A DNA stretch of 54,995 bases from an uncultured Steroidobacteraceae bacterium (GCA_964449915.1 CAYVCE010000171.1:1-54995), one strand, 5' to 3'; counted from the stretch's first letter, positions 1 to 8,838 are shown. The notes: a model not told the origin generated them from the sequence alone. Made by a program: numbers and translations.

Positions 1-100
1 AATTGGAGTGCCGCGTCGATCGGCATCAATGCGAGAGCCCATCGCGCCACCGATCGAATACGTGAACCCACACTGAAGTTTCTCGTGGGGCGTCGCGCGT

Positions 101-1468
101 TCAAGATTTCGGAAGCAGCTCGTCGAAGAACTCGTTGACCATGCGGCGGTTGGGGTCCGCCACCTGCAGCCAGTCGGCGAGCTTCTTCCACCTCTCGCCG
201 TAGGCGGCAACGACGTGCTCTCGCTGGACGAACGGGCTTTGATTCAGTAGCGGAATACCGCCGCGCTGGTAGGCCCACGCGTTGAAGGCCTTCAAGAACG
301 TGGCCCAGGCTTCCTGCTCCTTTCCGCCCACTGCATGAATCGGATCGATTGAGATGATGTCGCCGTCGTACGTATACGAAAGCAGCGAACTCGTATCCTT
401 CCTCACGAAGTACGATCCAAGCGGCATGTTGCAGCGGAATCCGGTCGTCCTGTAGTAGTCCTCGGCCCACCTGACGTAGTCCTTCAGGTGCTTCACGTAG
501 GCCGCCCGCGGAAACGCCCAGAAGCTGAAGGCGTAGCGCGCTGACGGCGGCGTGTTCGCATAGTTGATGGTCTTGTCGGGACCGTGCAGGGTAAAGCCGC
601 CGCCGGCGCTCAGCAGACGGTAGAACCCGAGCTCGAGCCCCAACCCGAGCCGTTCTTTGAGGGCACCGAGCGGTGAGCCTCCCAGGTGATCGCGCAGACC
701 GCGACCGGCGAAGGCCGCGAGGAAGCTCCACCCGAACCGCCTCGCATTCGCAAGCCATTCGTGCTTCAACTCCGTGCCGCGGTTGCGCGACTGAATCACG
801 ATGTCGTCGCCGATGGTCCACATGACGATGCCCTGGTTCGATGCGATGGCCTGCGCGATGATGTCATCGGTCAGATCCTCGACGTCGTGCACGTCGTAGT
901 CGAACGTGATGATTTCGAGCGGCTTGATCTTGAACGTCACCTCATAGACGATGCCGGCCAGGCCATAGCTCGCCCTGATGAACTGCAGCAGCTCCGGATT
1001 CCTGTCTTCGGAGGCTTCCTCCAGCGTTCCCGACGGGCTCACCCACTTGATGCTGGTCGCGTACGAGTTGACCTGACCGAACTCGATGCCGTCGAGACTG
1101 TCCTTCGTCTGGCAGCACGCGGCCGAGCCGAGCGTGATATTGCCAATCTCGATGTTCAGCATGAACTGCAGGTTGCGGGCACGAAGGGCGGCTGCGGCGT
1201 CGACCTGCTGGATGCCGGCCTGTGCCGTCATCGTCAGCCCGTCGGGGTCGATCGCGACGATCGCGCGGAGCCCCTTCATGTCCACGACCGTGCCGGGCGA
1301 GGCGGCACACGGCGTCAGCGAGTGGAAGCTGCCCATCGGACGCACCGGGCTCGGGAAGCGCTCCCGGTCGCGCAGGATCGCCTGGAGCTCCTCCACGCTC
1401 TCCGGTCTGGCGACGACCTGCGGCGTGCTGACGACGCCACCGTCGTAGCTCGTCAACGTGTGCGTCAC
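101..1468 (-). CDS. FAD-binding oxidoreductase (PCMH/VAO-type FAD-linked oxidase, sugar-lactone-oxidase-like)
   Basis: 455-aa ORF with high GC3. N-terminal FAD_binding_4-like region (PESVEELQAILRD, GSFHSLTP, GNITLGSA). Its GTG start overlaps the upstream stop (GTGA at 1465-1468). Confidence 0.75.
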   Translation of the reverse strand: MTHTLTSYDGGVVSTPQVVARPESVEELQAILRDRERFPSPVRPMGSFHSLTPCAASPGTVVDMKGLRAIVAIDPDGLTMTAQAGIQQVDAAAALRARNLQFMLNIEIGNITLGSAACCQTKDSLDGIEFGQVNSYATSIKWVSPSGTLEEASEDRNPELLQFIRASYGLAGIVYEVTFKIKPLEIITFDYDVHDVEDLTDDIIAQAIASNQGIVMWTIGDDIVIQSRNRGTELKHEWLANARRFGWSFLAAFAGRGLRDHLGGSPLGALKERLGLGLELGFYRLLSAGGGFTLHGPDKTINYANTPPSARYAFSFWAFPRAAYVKHLKDYVRWAEDYYRTTGFRCNMPLGSYFVRKDTSSLLSYTYDGDIISIDPIHAVGGKEQEAWATFLKAFNAWAYQRGGIPLLNQSPFVQREHVVAAYGERWKKLADWLQVADPNRRMVNEFFDELLPKS

Positions 1469-1839
1469 GTGTTGGCAGCCGACCGTGCCACGACCGCCAG
1501 CGCGAGATTGAGCGATGAGATGCCGACGGTCACCGCGGCGGCGCGCAGGGGGAGCTGGCGGGTGACGCCGGCGGTGAGCGCGGCCAGTGCGTCCGTGGCG
1601 TGGATAATCGGTGCCCGCTGCGCCGCCTCGCGCTTCCGGTCCGGACTGCCGGTGAGCAGGTCGAGCCCCAGGAACACGGTCCGGATTCCGAACATGCGCA
1701 GGAGGTAGGTGGCCGGTGGGCTGCCCGCCTGGCTGGAGCCGAGGGCTCGCAGCATGAAAGCCGGGGCGAACAGGGCCAGCAGGCCGTTGGCGAGCCGGAC
1801 GAGGCCGAGCGCGGCGACCGGCACGGACCAGCCGCTCAC
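1465..1839 (-). CDS. small hydrophobic membrane protein (124 aa), function unknown
   Basis: C-terminal part of track ORF 1465..2157. The GTG at 1839 overlaps the peroxidase stop (GTGA at 1836-1839). Hydrophobic segments: VPVAALGLVRLANGLLALFAPAF, IRTVFLGLDLL, AVTVGISSLNLALAVV. Confidence 0.55.
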   Translation of the reverse strand: MSGWSVPVAALGLVRLANGLLALFAPAFMLRALGSSQAGSPPATYLLRMFGIRTVFLGLDLLTGSPDRKREAAQRAPIIHATDALAALTAGVTRQLPLRAAAVTVGISSLNLALAVVARSAANT

Positions 1840-3620
1840 GCGGCGACTCGCTTCCACGGCTTGAAGGCGTTCTCGACGCCGACGAGGGCGGGTGCCAGCC
1901 GTGGGTGGTGGCGCAGGAGGACGCTGACCATGGTGTTGCCGGCGATCCAGTCCAGGCCGGTCTGCGTATACACCGCCGCTGTGAAGTCGCGGGTGAAGAA
2001 TCGGTCGCTCTTCAGCCTCCGCGAGGCCATGAGGGCGAAGACGCGGAACGCGGTCTCGCTGAAGGCGAAGCCCTTGACGAGCGGTTCGGCGTACATGCCG
2101 ACCATCACGTCGACGTCCTCCACGTCGTCGTAGATGTCGCGCAGCTGGCGGGCCCACTCGGCGTTGTCGGTCAGCTCTTCGAAGCTGCGTGCCGGCCTGA
2201 GGCGGAAGGCGCGGCGGAAGGCGTTGTAGCGCGGCACGCCCCGCTCGCGGCTGCGCAGGATGTCGGTCGCGGCGAGGTCGAGGATCGTGCCGTCCGGCCG
2301 GTCGAAGCGCTGCAGGAAGCGGGGAAAGTTGTGGAGCGTGATGGCGCCGGGATGGGCTATGCCGAGCGAGTAGAAGGCGTTCGCCACCGACAGCTCCTCG
2401 AGTCGCCGGCGCGTCGACAACGCGCCCACCTCGGGGAAGGTGAGCTCGGCGAGCACGCGGTCGTCATCGGCCGATCGGAAGGTGAACTCGTCGGGCAGGA
2501 GCGGGTGCATCCGATAGACGGCAACGAACTCCTCGGTGAGCGAGTACGGCACGTCGTGGTGATCGGTCGGCGATCCCATGATGCCGAACACCACGTCGCT
2601 GTTGCGGAAGATGCCGCGGCGTGGGCCCCCATGCTCGCCCCGCAGGCCCCACCAGTTGGCGCGCATGGCGTACTCCATGGTCGGGTGCGACGCGACCGCC
2701 GGCGTCCACTCGACGGTGTGGATCTTGGCCATCAGCGCCGCGATGACGAGGCGCGCCTTGTCGTAGAGATCCTCATCGGTCCAGCTCGGGTATTCGGCCT
2801 TCAGCCTGTCGCAGACGGCGTTGTGCTCCTGCATGAAGAGCGAGTGGAGCACGCCAAGGCCGATCCAGAAGTTGCCGGCCACGTCGGACAGGTCGACGCT
2901 GGCCTCGAGCTCGGCGGGCAGCAGGCCGTCCGCGCCGATGCGGAGCTTGCCATCGGTGCCGGTGCGCACCATCGACACGTACGGCTCCTTGCTGCCGTAG
3001 ATCTGGGATCCGTCCCACCAGTGGCTGTCGTCGGTGACGAAGGTGGTGGGCTGGCCGCTGTCGGCACGGTGGCTGGGATCCGGTCGCGTGGCCGGGATCC
3101 GCATCGGTCGTTCGGGCCAGTCGTCGTCATCAGCGAGGTCCAGCTCCCAGGCCTTGTCCCAGTCGCCCTTCCCGTGGCTGAGCCAGTCGTGCACCTCGAA
3201 CTGGATCCAGGCGGCGGCGATCACGTTCAGCGAGGTCGCCGGGATGAGCGCGTCGCGCGTCATGAGCGCGCGGCTCACGCGCCGCGGATCGGGTTGCATG
3301 ATCCGCGGCTGCTCCTCCGGCCACGTCTCCGCGATCGGGATGTTGCGGCCGAACCGCGTGCCGGTGCTGCCCATCAGCGGCCGCTCGAGGTCGTTGTAGC
3401 TGCCATCGATGGTGCGCGCCGCCAGGTAGCGATCGTCCCAGGTCCGACCCGGAGGCGGGTCGGGAAGCCCGGTGTCGTGCAGGTTCCGCTGGCGCAGCCG
3501 ATCGCGCAGGCCGAGGATGCTCAGGATCCCGAGCGGGAGCGGCATCCGATGCCAGCCGAAGCGGCGGTCGAGGGCCTCGCCGACGTAGGTCACCATGCCC
3601 GACAGGAGCGGAATGCGCAT
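1836..3620 (-). CDS. animal-haem-peroxidase superfamily protein, fatty-acid alpha-dioxygenase/cyclooxygenase-like
   Basis: Motifs HWWDGSQIYG, AAWIQFEVHDW (distal His), AKIHTVEWTP (proximal His) and VPYSLTEEFVAVYRMHP (catalytic Tyr region) resemble plant alpha-DOX. I prefer the ATG at 3620 because the track's TTG at 3695 lies inside a predicted -10 box. Confidence 0.8.
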   Translation of the reverse strand: MRIPLLSGMVTYVGEALDRRFGWHRMPLPLGILSILGLRDRLRQRNLHDTGLPDPPPGRTWDDRYLAARTIDGSYNDLERPLMGSTGTRFGRNIPIAETWPEEQPRIMQPDPRRVSRALMTRDALIPATSLNVIAAAWIQFEVHDWLSHGKGDWDKAWELDLADDDDWPERPMRIPATRPDPSHRADSGQPTTFVTDDSHWWDGSQIYGSKEPYVSMVRTGTDGKLRIGADGLLPAELEASVDLSDVAGNFWIGLGVLHSLFMQEHNAVCDRLKAEYPSWTDEDLYDKARLVIAALMAKIHTVEWTPAVASHPTMEYAMRANWWGLRGEHGGPRRGIFRNSDVVFGIMGSPTDHHDVPYSLTEEFVAVYRMHPLLPDEFTFRSADDDRVLAELTFPEVGALSTRRRLEELSVANAFYSLGIAHPGAITLHNFPRFLQRFDRPDGTILDLAATDILRSRERGVPRYNAFRRAFRLRPARSFEELTDNAEWARQLRDIYDDVEDVDVMVGMYAEPLVKGFAFSETAFRVFALMASRRLKSDRFFTRDFTAAVYTQTGLDWIAGNTMVSVLLRHHPRLAPALVGVENAFKPWKRVAA

Positions 3621-3694
3621 CGGCGTCAGGCCCGGCGTGGAAGGCTTGCGTGGCTGTGGGGCATCGCTCGGATCTCCGATCGGCGGCTGCCGCA

Positions 3695-3723
3695 ACCGTA
3701 CGCCCCGGAGTTGACCGGGTCAA
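3695..3723 (-). promoter_or_regulatory. candidate sigma70/SigA-type promoter for the peroxidase operon
   Basis: On the minus strand: TTGACC (3723-3718), a 17-nt spacer, then TACGGT (3700-3695, TAnnnT). The -35 lies inside the palindrome TTGACCGGGTCAA (3711-3723). Confidence 0.3.
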
Positions 3724-3943
3724 TGTGCGATTGACACGGGGTCCATCAAGGGGCGTGTGCGTCGGATCTCCACCGCGCGCGTCGTCGACCGGGCAGGTTG
3801 TGGACAACTTGGTGGACAGACCCCTTCCGTTTCGGGGCCCCAGCGCCCTACGATCCGCCCCGGTCCTGTTTCTCACTGTTGAGTTCGGGGTCGCCGCCAT
3901 CATCCATTTCCCCACACGCCCAAGCACGGAGGGGTGCCATCGC

Positions 3944-4288
3944 ATGACCGAGCGGTCGTTGCTGTCGGACGTCGCCACGCGGTCCGGACCGTCGGGAGAG
4001 CTGCCAACTCCCGACCTCATCGCTTTCATCCGCTACTGCCACACGCGCCACGGCGCATCCTGGCCCGAGCTCTACGACGAGATGTGCGGCGTCGCCGCTC
4101 GTCGCGAGTTCAACGGCTGGGATCACGCACAGCTGGCAGCCCGCGGACTCACGTTCTCACTGCTCGAGATGCCCCGCCTCGCCGGCTGGGCGCGGGCCGT
4201 CCTGGCCGGGATGGCCGAGCAGCGCGACGCCGATGACCACCGAGGCTCCACGACGCCACGCCATCAGCCGCAGGCCGCCATCGCCTGA
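3944..4288 (+). CDS. hypothetical protein (114 aa)
   Basis: ATG at 3944 preceded by GGAGGGG (3928-3934). High GC3 throughout. No recognisable motif. Confidence 0.55.
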   Translation: MTERSLLSDVATRSGPSGELPTPDLIAFIRYCHTRHGASWPELYDEMCGVAARREFNGWDHAQLAARGLTFSLLEMPRLAGWARAVLAGMAEQRDADDHRGSTTPRHQPQAAIA

Positions 4289-4361
4289 CGCGACCCTGCG
4301 CGCGCACGTGCCCCGGTCCGGCTCGGCGGATCGGGGCTTCCCCTTGCCGGCGGAACACGGG

Positions 4362-4661
4362 TCAGTAGGTGTGGCGGCGAGCCATCTCCCGCTCGATCAT
4401 GCGCTCCATGACCATGTACTTCTCGATCCGCCGGCGCATCTCGTTCGCCTCCGGCGTGTAGAGATGCACGTACTGCTGGAGCTCGAGGCTCAGCTTGCGG
4501 CTGAACATGCGCACGTGGTCGAGGTTGCGCCGAAGGAGGACCTGGTCCATGCGGCGCAGGTGCTCCTCGTTGAGGAGGTCCTCGTCGCGCAGCAGCTCTC
4601 GATCGGCATCGAGCTGGGTGCGCTGGAGCTGGACGGGGCTGAAGATCGGTTCGTCGGCCAT
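4362..4661 (-). CDS. hypothetical small charged helical protein (99 aa)
   Basis: The ATG at 4661 starts the only plausible part of the 431-aa track ORF (MADEPIFSPVQLQRTQLDADRELL...). Charged, helical-looking sequence with high GC3. Confidence 0.55.
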   Translation of the reverse strand: MADEPIFSPVQLQRTQLDADRELLRDEDLLNEEHLRRMDQVLLRRNLDHVRMFSRKLSLELQQYVHLYTPEANEMRRRIEKYMVMERMIEREMARRHTY

Positions 4662-4709
4662 TGCCGGTGAGTCTAGACGCTCATCGGCCGGCCGGGCGAC
4701 GCGCGGGCC

Positions 4710-5138
4710 GTGTGTGCGGCATCGGCGTGGGGGTATGCTGCGCGTGTGGGAGTGGGCGGAGACGCGGATACCCCGGGTGTAGCGCGGATCCTGATCGCCG
4801 AGGATGAGCCAGGGGTCTCTGGCCTCCTGTCCGAGGAGCTTCACGCCGATGGGTTCACGACCGCGATCGCCGAGGACGGGATCGACGCCCTGGCGATGGC
4901 CGAGACCCGGGACTTCGACCTGCTCGTCCTCGACCTCGGCTTGCCCGGGAAGGACGGCTTGAGCGTCCTGCGCGAGCTGCGGGCCCGCGGGCACACGATG
5001 CCGGTCGTCATCCTCACCGCCCGGAGCGGCCTGGTCGACACGGTGGTCGGGCTCGAGGAGGGCGCCGACGACTACATCGCCAAGCCGTTTCGAGTCGACG
5101 AGGTCGTGGCCCGCGTGCGGGCTCGCCTGCGCCGGTGA
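4710..5138 (+). CDS. response regulator, receiver (REC) domain only, OmpR-family-like
   Basis: ILIAEDEPGVSGLL, DLLVLDLGLPGKDG, VVILTAR, GADDYIAKPF and RVRARLRR are classic CheY-like motifs. The ORF stops right after the alpha5/linker, with no winged-helix domain. Start is uncertain (GTG at 4710, 4746 or 4752). Confidence 0.8.
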   Translation: MCAASAWGYAARVGVGGDADTPGVARILIAEDEPGVSGLLSEELHADGFTTAIAEDGIDALAMAETRDFDLLVLDLGLPGKDGLSVLRELRARGHTMPVVILTARSGLVDTVVGLEEGADDYIAKPFRVDEVVARVRARLRR

Positions 5139-5213
5139 GCGGTTGAGTTGTCCACGCGCGTCGCGGCGCCTACGATGCCGTGCGGCTCGGTGGCAGTCGC
5201 TCGCCGAACCGAA

Positions 5214-5289
5214 GTCCCCGTAGCTCAGTGGACAGAGCAGCCGCCTTCTAAGCGGCCGGTCGCAGGTTCGAATCCTGCCGGGGACGCCA
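5214..5289 (+). tRNA. tRNA-Arg (anticodon TCT)
   Basis: Cloverleaf read by eye. Acceptor GTCCCCG/CGGGGAC, D-arm TAGCTCAGTGGACAGAGCA, anticodon stem GCCGC/GCGGC with loop CTTCTAA, T-arm GCAGGTTCGAATCCTGC, encoded CCA. Confidence 0.93.
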
Positions 5290-5322
5290 GCTTCCGGGAC
5301 GGACCGCAGCGCAGGAGTCCAT

Positions 5323-5706
5323 ATGGCGTCGAATGATCCGTGGAGGAAGCCGCCGCCAGAGATGGTCGACCGCTTCCACGAGGCCGTTGCCGGCATCGAG
5401 GGCGTCGAGCTGCGCAAGATGTTCGGCATGCCGGCCGCGTTCCTGAACGGCAACATGGTCGGCGGGCTGCACCAGGACACGGTCATGGTGCGCCTGCCCG
5501 ACGAGCTGCGCGCCGAGCGCTTTGCCGACGGCTGGTCCGCCTTCGAGCCGATGCCGGGGCGGCCGATGCGCGAGTACGTCGCCCTGCCACCCGACGTCGC
5601 GGCCGACGTGGACGCCACGCGCGGGTGGCTGGAGCGAGCCGCCGACCACGTCCGCACCCTGCCGCCAAAGGCTCCCAGGGCGCCGAAGAAGGCGAAGGTC
5701 CGCTAG
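5323..5706 (+). CDS. TfoX N-terminal domain family protein
   Basis: 127 aa. LRKMFGMPAAFLNGNMVGGLH...VMVRLP resembles the TfoX_N pattern. Lys-rich tail. Confidence 0.65.
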   Translation: MASNDPWRKPPPEMVDRFHEAVAGIEGVELRKMFGMPAAFLNGNMVGGLHQDTVMVRLPDELRAERFADGWSAFEPMPGRPMREYVALPPDVAADVDATRGWLERAADHVRTLPPKAPRAPKKAKVR

Positions 5707-5711
5707 CCCGA

Positions 5712-6926
5712 TCAGGCCGCCGCGCGCTCGAGCAGGGTGACGGTTGCGCCGATGCCATCCTCGGCGGTGACGCGTGATGCGAGCTCCCGTGCGGCGTCGC
5801 GCATCGCCGGGTCGGCGGCGGTGGCGAGCACCGGCTCGCCGAGGAGAGCTCCGGTGAGTCCCTCGAGACGGACCGGCTGCGGCGCGACGCCGAGCCGCTG
5901 GAGCCGATCGGCCCAGTAGCGCTGGTCGCCGACGTGCGGCACGACCACCGACGGCACACCGGCCGCGACCACCGCGTGCGTCGTGCCGGCGCCGCCGTGA
6001 TGCACGACGAGCGCGGCTCGCGCGAACAGGGCGCGATGGTCGACGGTGCCGACGCGGAGCAGGCTCGGCGAGCCTGGCCCAGCGGTGAGCGGACCCTGGA
6101 TGACCACGCGCCGGCCGGCATCGAGGAGGCGATCGACAGCGGAACGCAGCTCGGCGGGTGGCACGCCCCGCATCGAGCCGAAGGTGACGACGATCGGGGG
6201 TGGTCCATCGGCCAGGAAGGCCTCGAGCGCGTCGGGGAGCGCTTGTGGTGCCGATCGGTCCGTCCAGGCGCCGGTGACGAACGTACCCGCTGGCAGGTCG
6301 GGCGCCACGCGCGCGATGGACGGCGAGCAGGCGACGACGTGGAGGAGCGGTGACCGCGCCCGGAAGAGCGGCAGCCCGCGCTGTGCGCTGCCAGCGCGGG
6401 CGAGGAGGTCGTCGAGCGGGCGGCCGGTGCGGGCCAGGGCACGGTCGAGGATCCACCACGCGATGCGGTTGGCGGGGCCGAGGCTCGGCATGCCCGGCGG
6501 CGGCGCGGCGTCGGTCGGCAGCAGGAGCGGGTCGAAGACGGCGGTCGCCCAGCTCAGCCCCTCGTCCAGGACGGCCGCATGCGCCAGCGCGTGGATGCCG
6601 TGCAGCAGGACGAGGTCCTGGCCGGGCAGGATCTCGCGCAGGCGGCGAGCGTGGGCCTCCCCGTCGGCGAGATGGAAGTCGCGCAGGATGGCGACCTGGT
6701 CCATCGGTCCGCGGGCGGCGGCGTCGGCGGCGACCGCATCGATCCGTGCCGGATCGGCATGCGGCCCGGCCACCTCGACCCGTACGCCGGGCTGCGCCAG
6801 CGCCGCGCGGTGCACCGGCCAGCTGACCGCCGTCACCGAGTGGCCGCGATCGGCCAGGGCCCGAGCGAGGATGGCGAACGGTCGCACGTCGCCGGTGGTG
6901 CCGACCGTCGCCAGCGCGATCCGCAT
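5712..6926 (-). CDS. glycosyltransferase family 1 (MGT / sterol- or macrolide-glycosyltransferase-like)
   Basis: MRIALATVGTTGDVRPF N-terminus; C-terminal VVHHGGAGTTHAVVAAGVPSVVVPHVGDQ nucleotide-sugar motif. The ATG at 6926 shares one base with the upstream stop (TGATG). Confidence 0.8.
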   Translation of the reverse strand: MRIALATVGTTGDVRPFAILARALADRGHSVTAVSWPVHRAALAQPGVRVEVAGPHADPARIDAVAADAAARGPMDQVAILRDFHLADGEAHARRLREILPGQDLVLLHGIHALAHAAVLDEGLSWATAVFDPLLLPTDAAPPPGMPSLGPANRIAWWILDRALARTGRPLDDLLARAGSAQRGLPLFRARSPLLHVVACSPSIARVAPDLPAGTFVTGAWTDRSAPQALPDALEAFLADGPPPIVVTFGSMRGVPPAELRSAVDRLLDAGRRVVIQGPLTAGPGSPSLLRVGTVDHRALFARAALVVHHGGAGTTHAVVAAGVPSVVVPHVGDQRYWADRLQRLGVAPQPVRLEGLTGALLGEPVLATAADPAMRDAARELASRVTAEDGIGATVTLLERAAA

Positions 6927-7819
6927 CAGATGGAGGCGATGCGGCGCGGCGCCATGCGCGGGCCGTAGCGCGGGGCGACGATGCGGCCGACCTCGAGCAG
7001 GCGCTGCACCCGGCCGCGCTGGCCACGGTACGGCTCGAGCAGCTCGAGCATGCGGGCGTCGTCTGCGCGAGGCTCGCCGGCCAGTGCCCAGGCCACCGCG
7101 CTCGGCAGGTGGTAGTCGCCGACGCTCACGGCGTCGGGGTCGCCGTAGGCGACGCGAACCACCTCGGCGGCCGTCCAGGCACCGATGCCCGGCAGCGAGC
7201 GCAGGCGGCGGGTCGCCTCCTCCGCGCTCTCGGCCGCCTCGAGCCATGCGGCGCGTGACGCGGCGCGGCGGACGACCTCGGCGCGGCGCCGCTCGATGCC
7301 GATCGGGTGGAGCGCGTGGTACGGCAGGGAGGCCAGGGCCGCGGGATCCGGTGGGAGGATGAGGTCGCCCGGGCCGCGCGCCGGCTCGCCAAAGGCGCGC
7401 AGGAATGCCGCGTAGGCGCGGAAGGCCTCGATGCCGGTGATCTTCTGCTCGAACACCGATGGCACGAGCGCGTGGAGCATGCGGCCCGTCGCCGGCAGGC
7501 GCAGGCCGGGATGCCGTCGCTGGAGCTGTCGGACGACCGGGTGGCGGGCGACGAGCCCCTCGGGATCATCGGTCTCGCCGAGGAGGTGCGGCAGCGTCGT
7601 GAGCAGGGCATCCGCGCCGTCGCCCCAGGCGCGGCCGACGACGACGCCGTCGCGTTGGACGCGGACCTGCAGCGTGCCGGGACCCTCGGGCGTGCGCGCT
7701 GCCAGCCAGGCCTCGTCGCGCTGCAGCCGGATCGTTCGATCACCGAGCCCGTGGCGGAGCGGGCCGAGTGTCTCCGCGAGGTGGATCGGTCCGCGCAGCC
7801 TGATGCCGCGCTCGATCAT
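6926..7819 (-). CDS. DNA-3-methyladenine glycosylase II-like protein (AlkA-type HhH-GPD)
   Basis: LPGIGAWTAAEVV helix-hairpin-helix followed by VSVGDYHL (Asp at the AlkA catalytic position). AlkA-like N-terminal domain. ATGA overlap with the upstream gene at 7816-7819. Confidence 0.8.
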   Translation of the reverse strand: MIERGIRLRGPIHLAETLGPLRHGLGDRTIRLQRDEAWLAARTPEGPGTLQVRVQRDGVVVGRAWGDGADALLTTLPHLLGETDDPEGLVARHPVVRQLQRRHPGLRLPATGRMLHALVPSVFEQKITGIEAFRAYAAFLRAFGEPARGPGDLILPPDPAALASLPYHALHPIGIERRRAEVVRRAASRAAWLEAAESAEEATRRLRSLPGIGAWTAAEVVRVAYGDPDAVSVGDYHLPSAVAWALAGEPRADDARMLELLEPYRGQRGRVQRLLEVGRIVAPRYGPRMAPRRIASI

Positions 7820-8838
7820 CGGCGCATGGAGAGCAGGATCGGCGTCGGGCCGGCCTGGGCCGTCTCGAGCTCGGCGCGCGTTCGGATGCCGCGGTAGCCC
7901 TCGGCCACGATCAGCTGGGCACTGACCTCGCCCAGGCTGGCACCAGGGCCGGGCAGCAGGATCACGTCGGGCGCGTACTCGCGCAGGGCGACGCGAAGGC
8001 CGCGCGCGAAGTCGTAGGTGATGAGCGGCTGTTCCTCGATGGTGTGCCGCGCGAGCTCGGCCGGGTCCGTCGAGTAGGGCGTGAATCGTTCCCCGCGACC
8101 GTCGACGAGCGTGACGTTGGGCGCCGACCAGCGCAGCCCGCGAAGGCTGCGCGCCGCGTCCGATGCGACGCGTGCGCGGAGCGGGGTGTGCCATGCCTCC
8201 TGCATGGCCGGACGCAGGGGGAATCGCCGCGAGCCGACCTGCACCGGCGGCAGGGCCGCAGCCACCCGCTCGAGGCCGGCCTCGCTGCCGCTGAGCACCG
8301 TGAAGGCGCCGAGCTCCAGCGCGCGGTGGACGGTCGGGCCGTGGCCGTTGTCGGTGCCGTGCTCGGTGAGGGCCGACTCGAGCGTGGTTGCCCGGACCGG
8401 ATCGAGGCGCCATTCCTCGTCGGTGAGCGGGTAGACGAGCTGGCCGCCGGGGTCGTCGGCGTCGATCGGCTCCTCGGCGAGGAGGGCCATGGTCTGCACC
8501 AGACGGAAGGCATCGTCGAACTCGAGGGCGCCCGAGGCGGCGAGCGCGGTGTACCAGCCGGTCGAGCTGGCCACCACGACCACGACTTCGTGGTCCCCGG
8601 CGATGCGCTCCGCGTCGAGGAGGCCACACAGGAAGGTGAGCGGCGATGCGTTGGCGGAGCGGAGGTGCACGGCGGGGTCGAAGCCTGGCGCGCGGTCGAG
8701 GTCGGAGAGCGGCATCAGGTGCACGTCGCGACGCAGTTGGTCGGCGCGCCGGACCCATGGATGCGCCTCCGGCAGCGAGCCGAGCGAGGCCGGCCCGTAC
8801 GAGCCACGCGCCGGGAAGGCGACGACGGCGCGGCTCAC
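7816..8838 (-). CDS. acyltransferase, FabD/malonyl-CoA:ACP transacylase fold, atypical motifs
   Basis: 340 aa. AFPARGSYGP and VVVVASSTGWYTALAASGAL sit where FabD has FPGQGSQ and GHSLGEYSAL (the Ser is kept). GTGA overlap with the E1 gene at 8835-8838. Confidence 0.6.
   Translation of the reverse strand: MSRAVVAFPARGSYGPASLGSLPEAHPWVRRADQLRRDVHLMPLSDLDRAPGFDPAVHLRSANASPLTFLCGLLDAERIAGDHEVVVVVASSTGWYTALAASGALEFDDAFRLVQTMALLAEEPIDADDPGGQLVYPLTDEEWRLDPVRATTLESALTEHGTDNGHGPTVHRALELGAFTVLSGSEAGLERVAAALPPVQVGSRRFPLRPAMQEAWHTPLRARVASDAARSLRGLRWSAPNVTLVDGRGERFTPYSTDPAELARHTIEEQPLITYDFARGLRVALREYAPDVILLPGPGASLGEVSAQLIVAEGYRGIRTRAELETAQAGPTPILLSMRR

Noticed and set aside
1-100. Possible 3' end of a plus-strand gene (…MREPIAPPIEYVNPH, stop at 74-76)
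   Set aside because: Only 24 codons are visible, codon bias is mixed and there is no motif. That is not enough to support a feature.
3621-3695. Track start (TTG at 3695) for the peroxidase ORF
   Set aside because: The TTG lies within the predicted -10 hexamer. The extra 25 residues are low-complexity with weaker codon bias, so the ATG at 3620 is preferred. This remains uncertain.
5214-5289. tRNA-Arg as the attachment site of an integrated element. A 12-nt identity (TAAGCGGCCGGT) also links the tRNA anticodon arm to repeat sites A and B.
   Set aside because: There is no integrase, recombinase or phage/plasmid gene in the window, and I could not find a direct repeat of the tRNA 3' half by eye (a non-exhaustive search). 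The 12-mer is mostly GC-rich filler (GCGGCCGG), so I treat it as coincidence.
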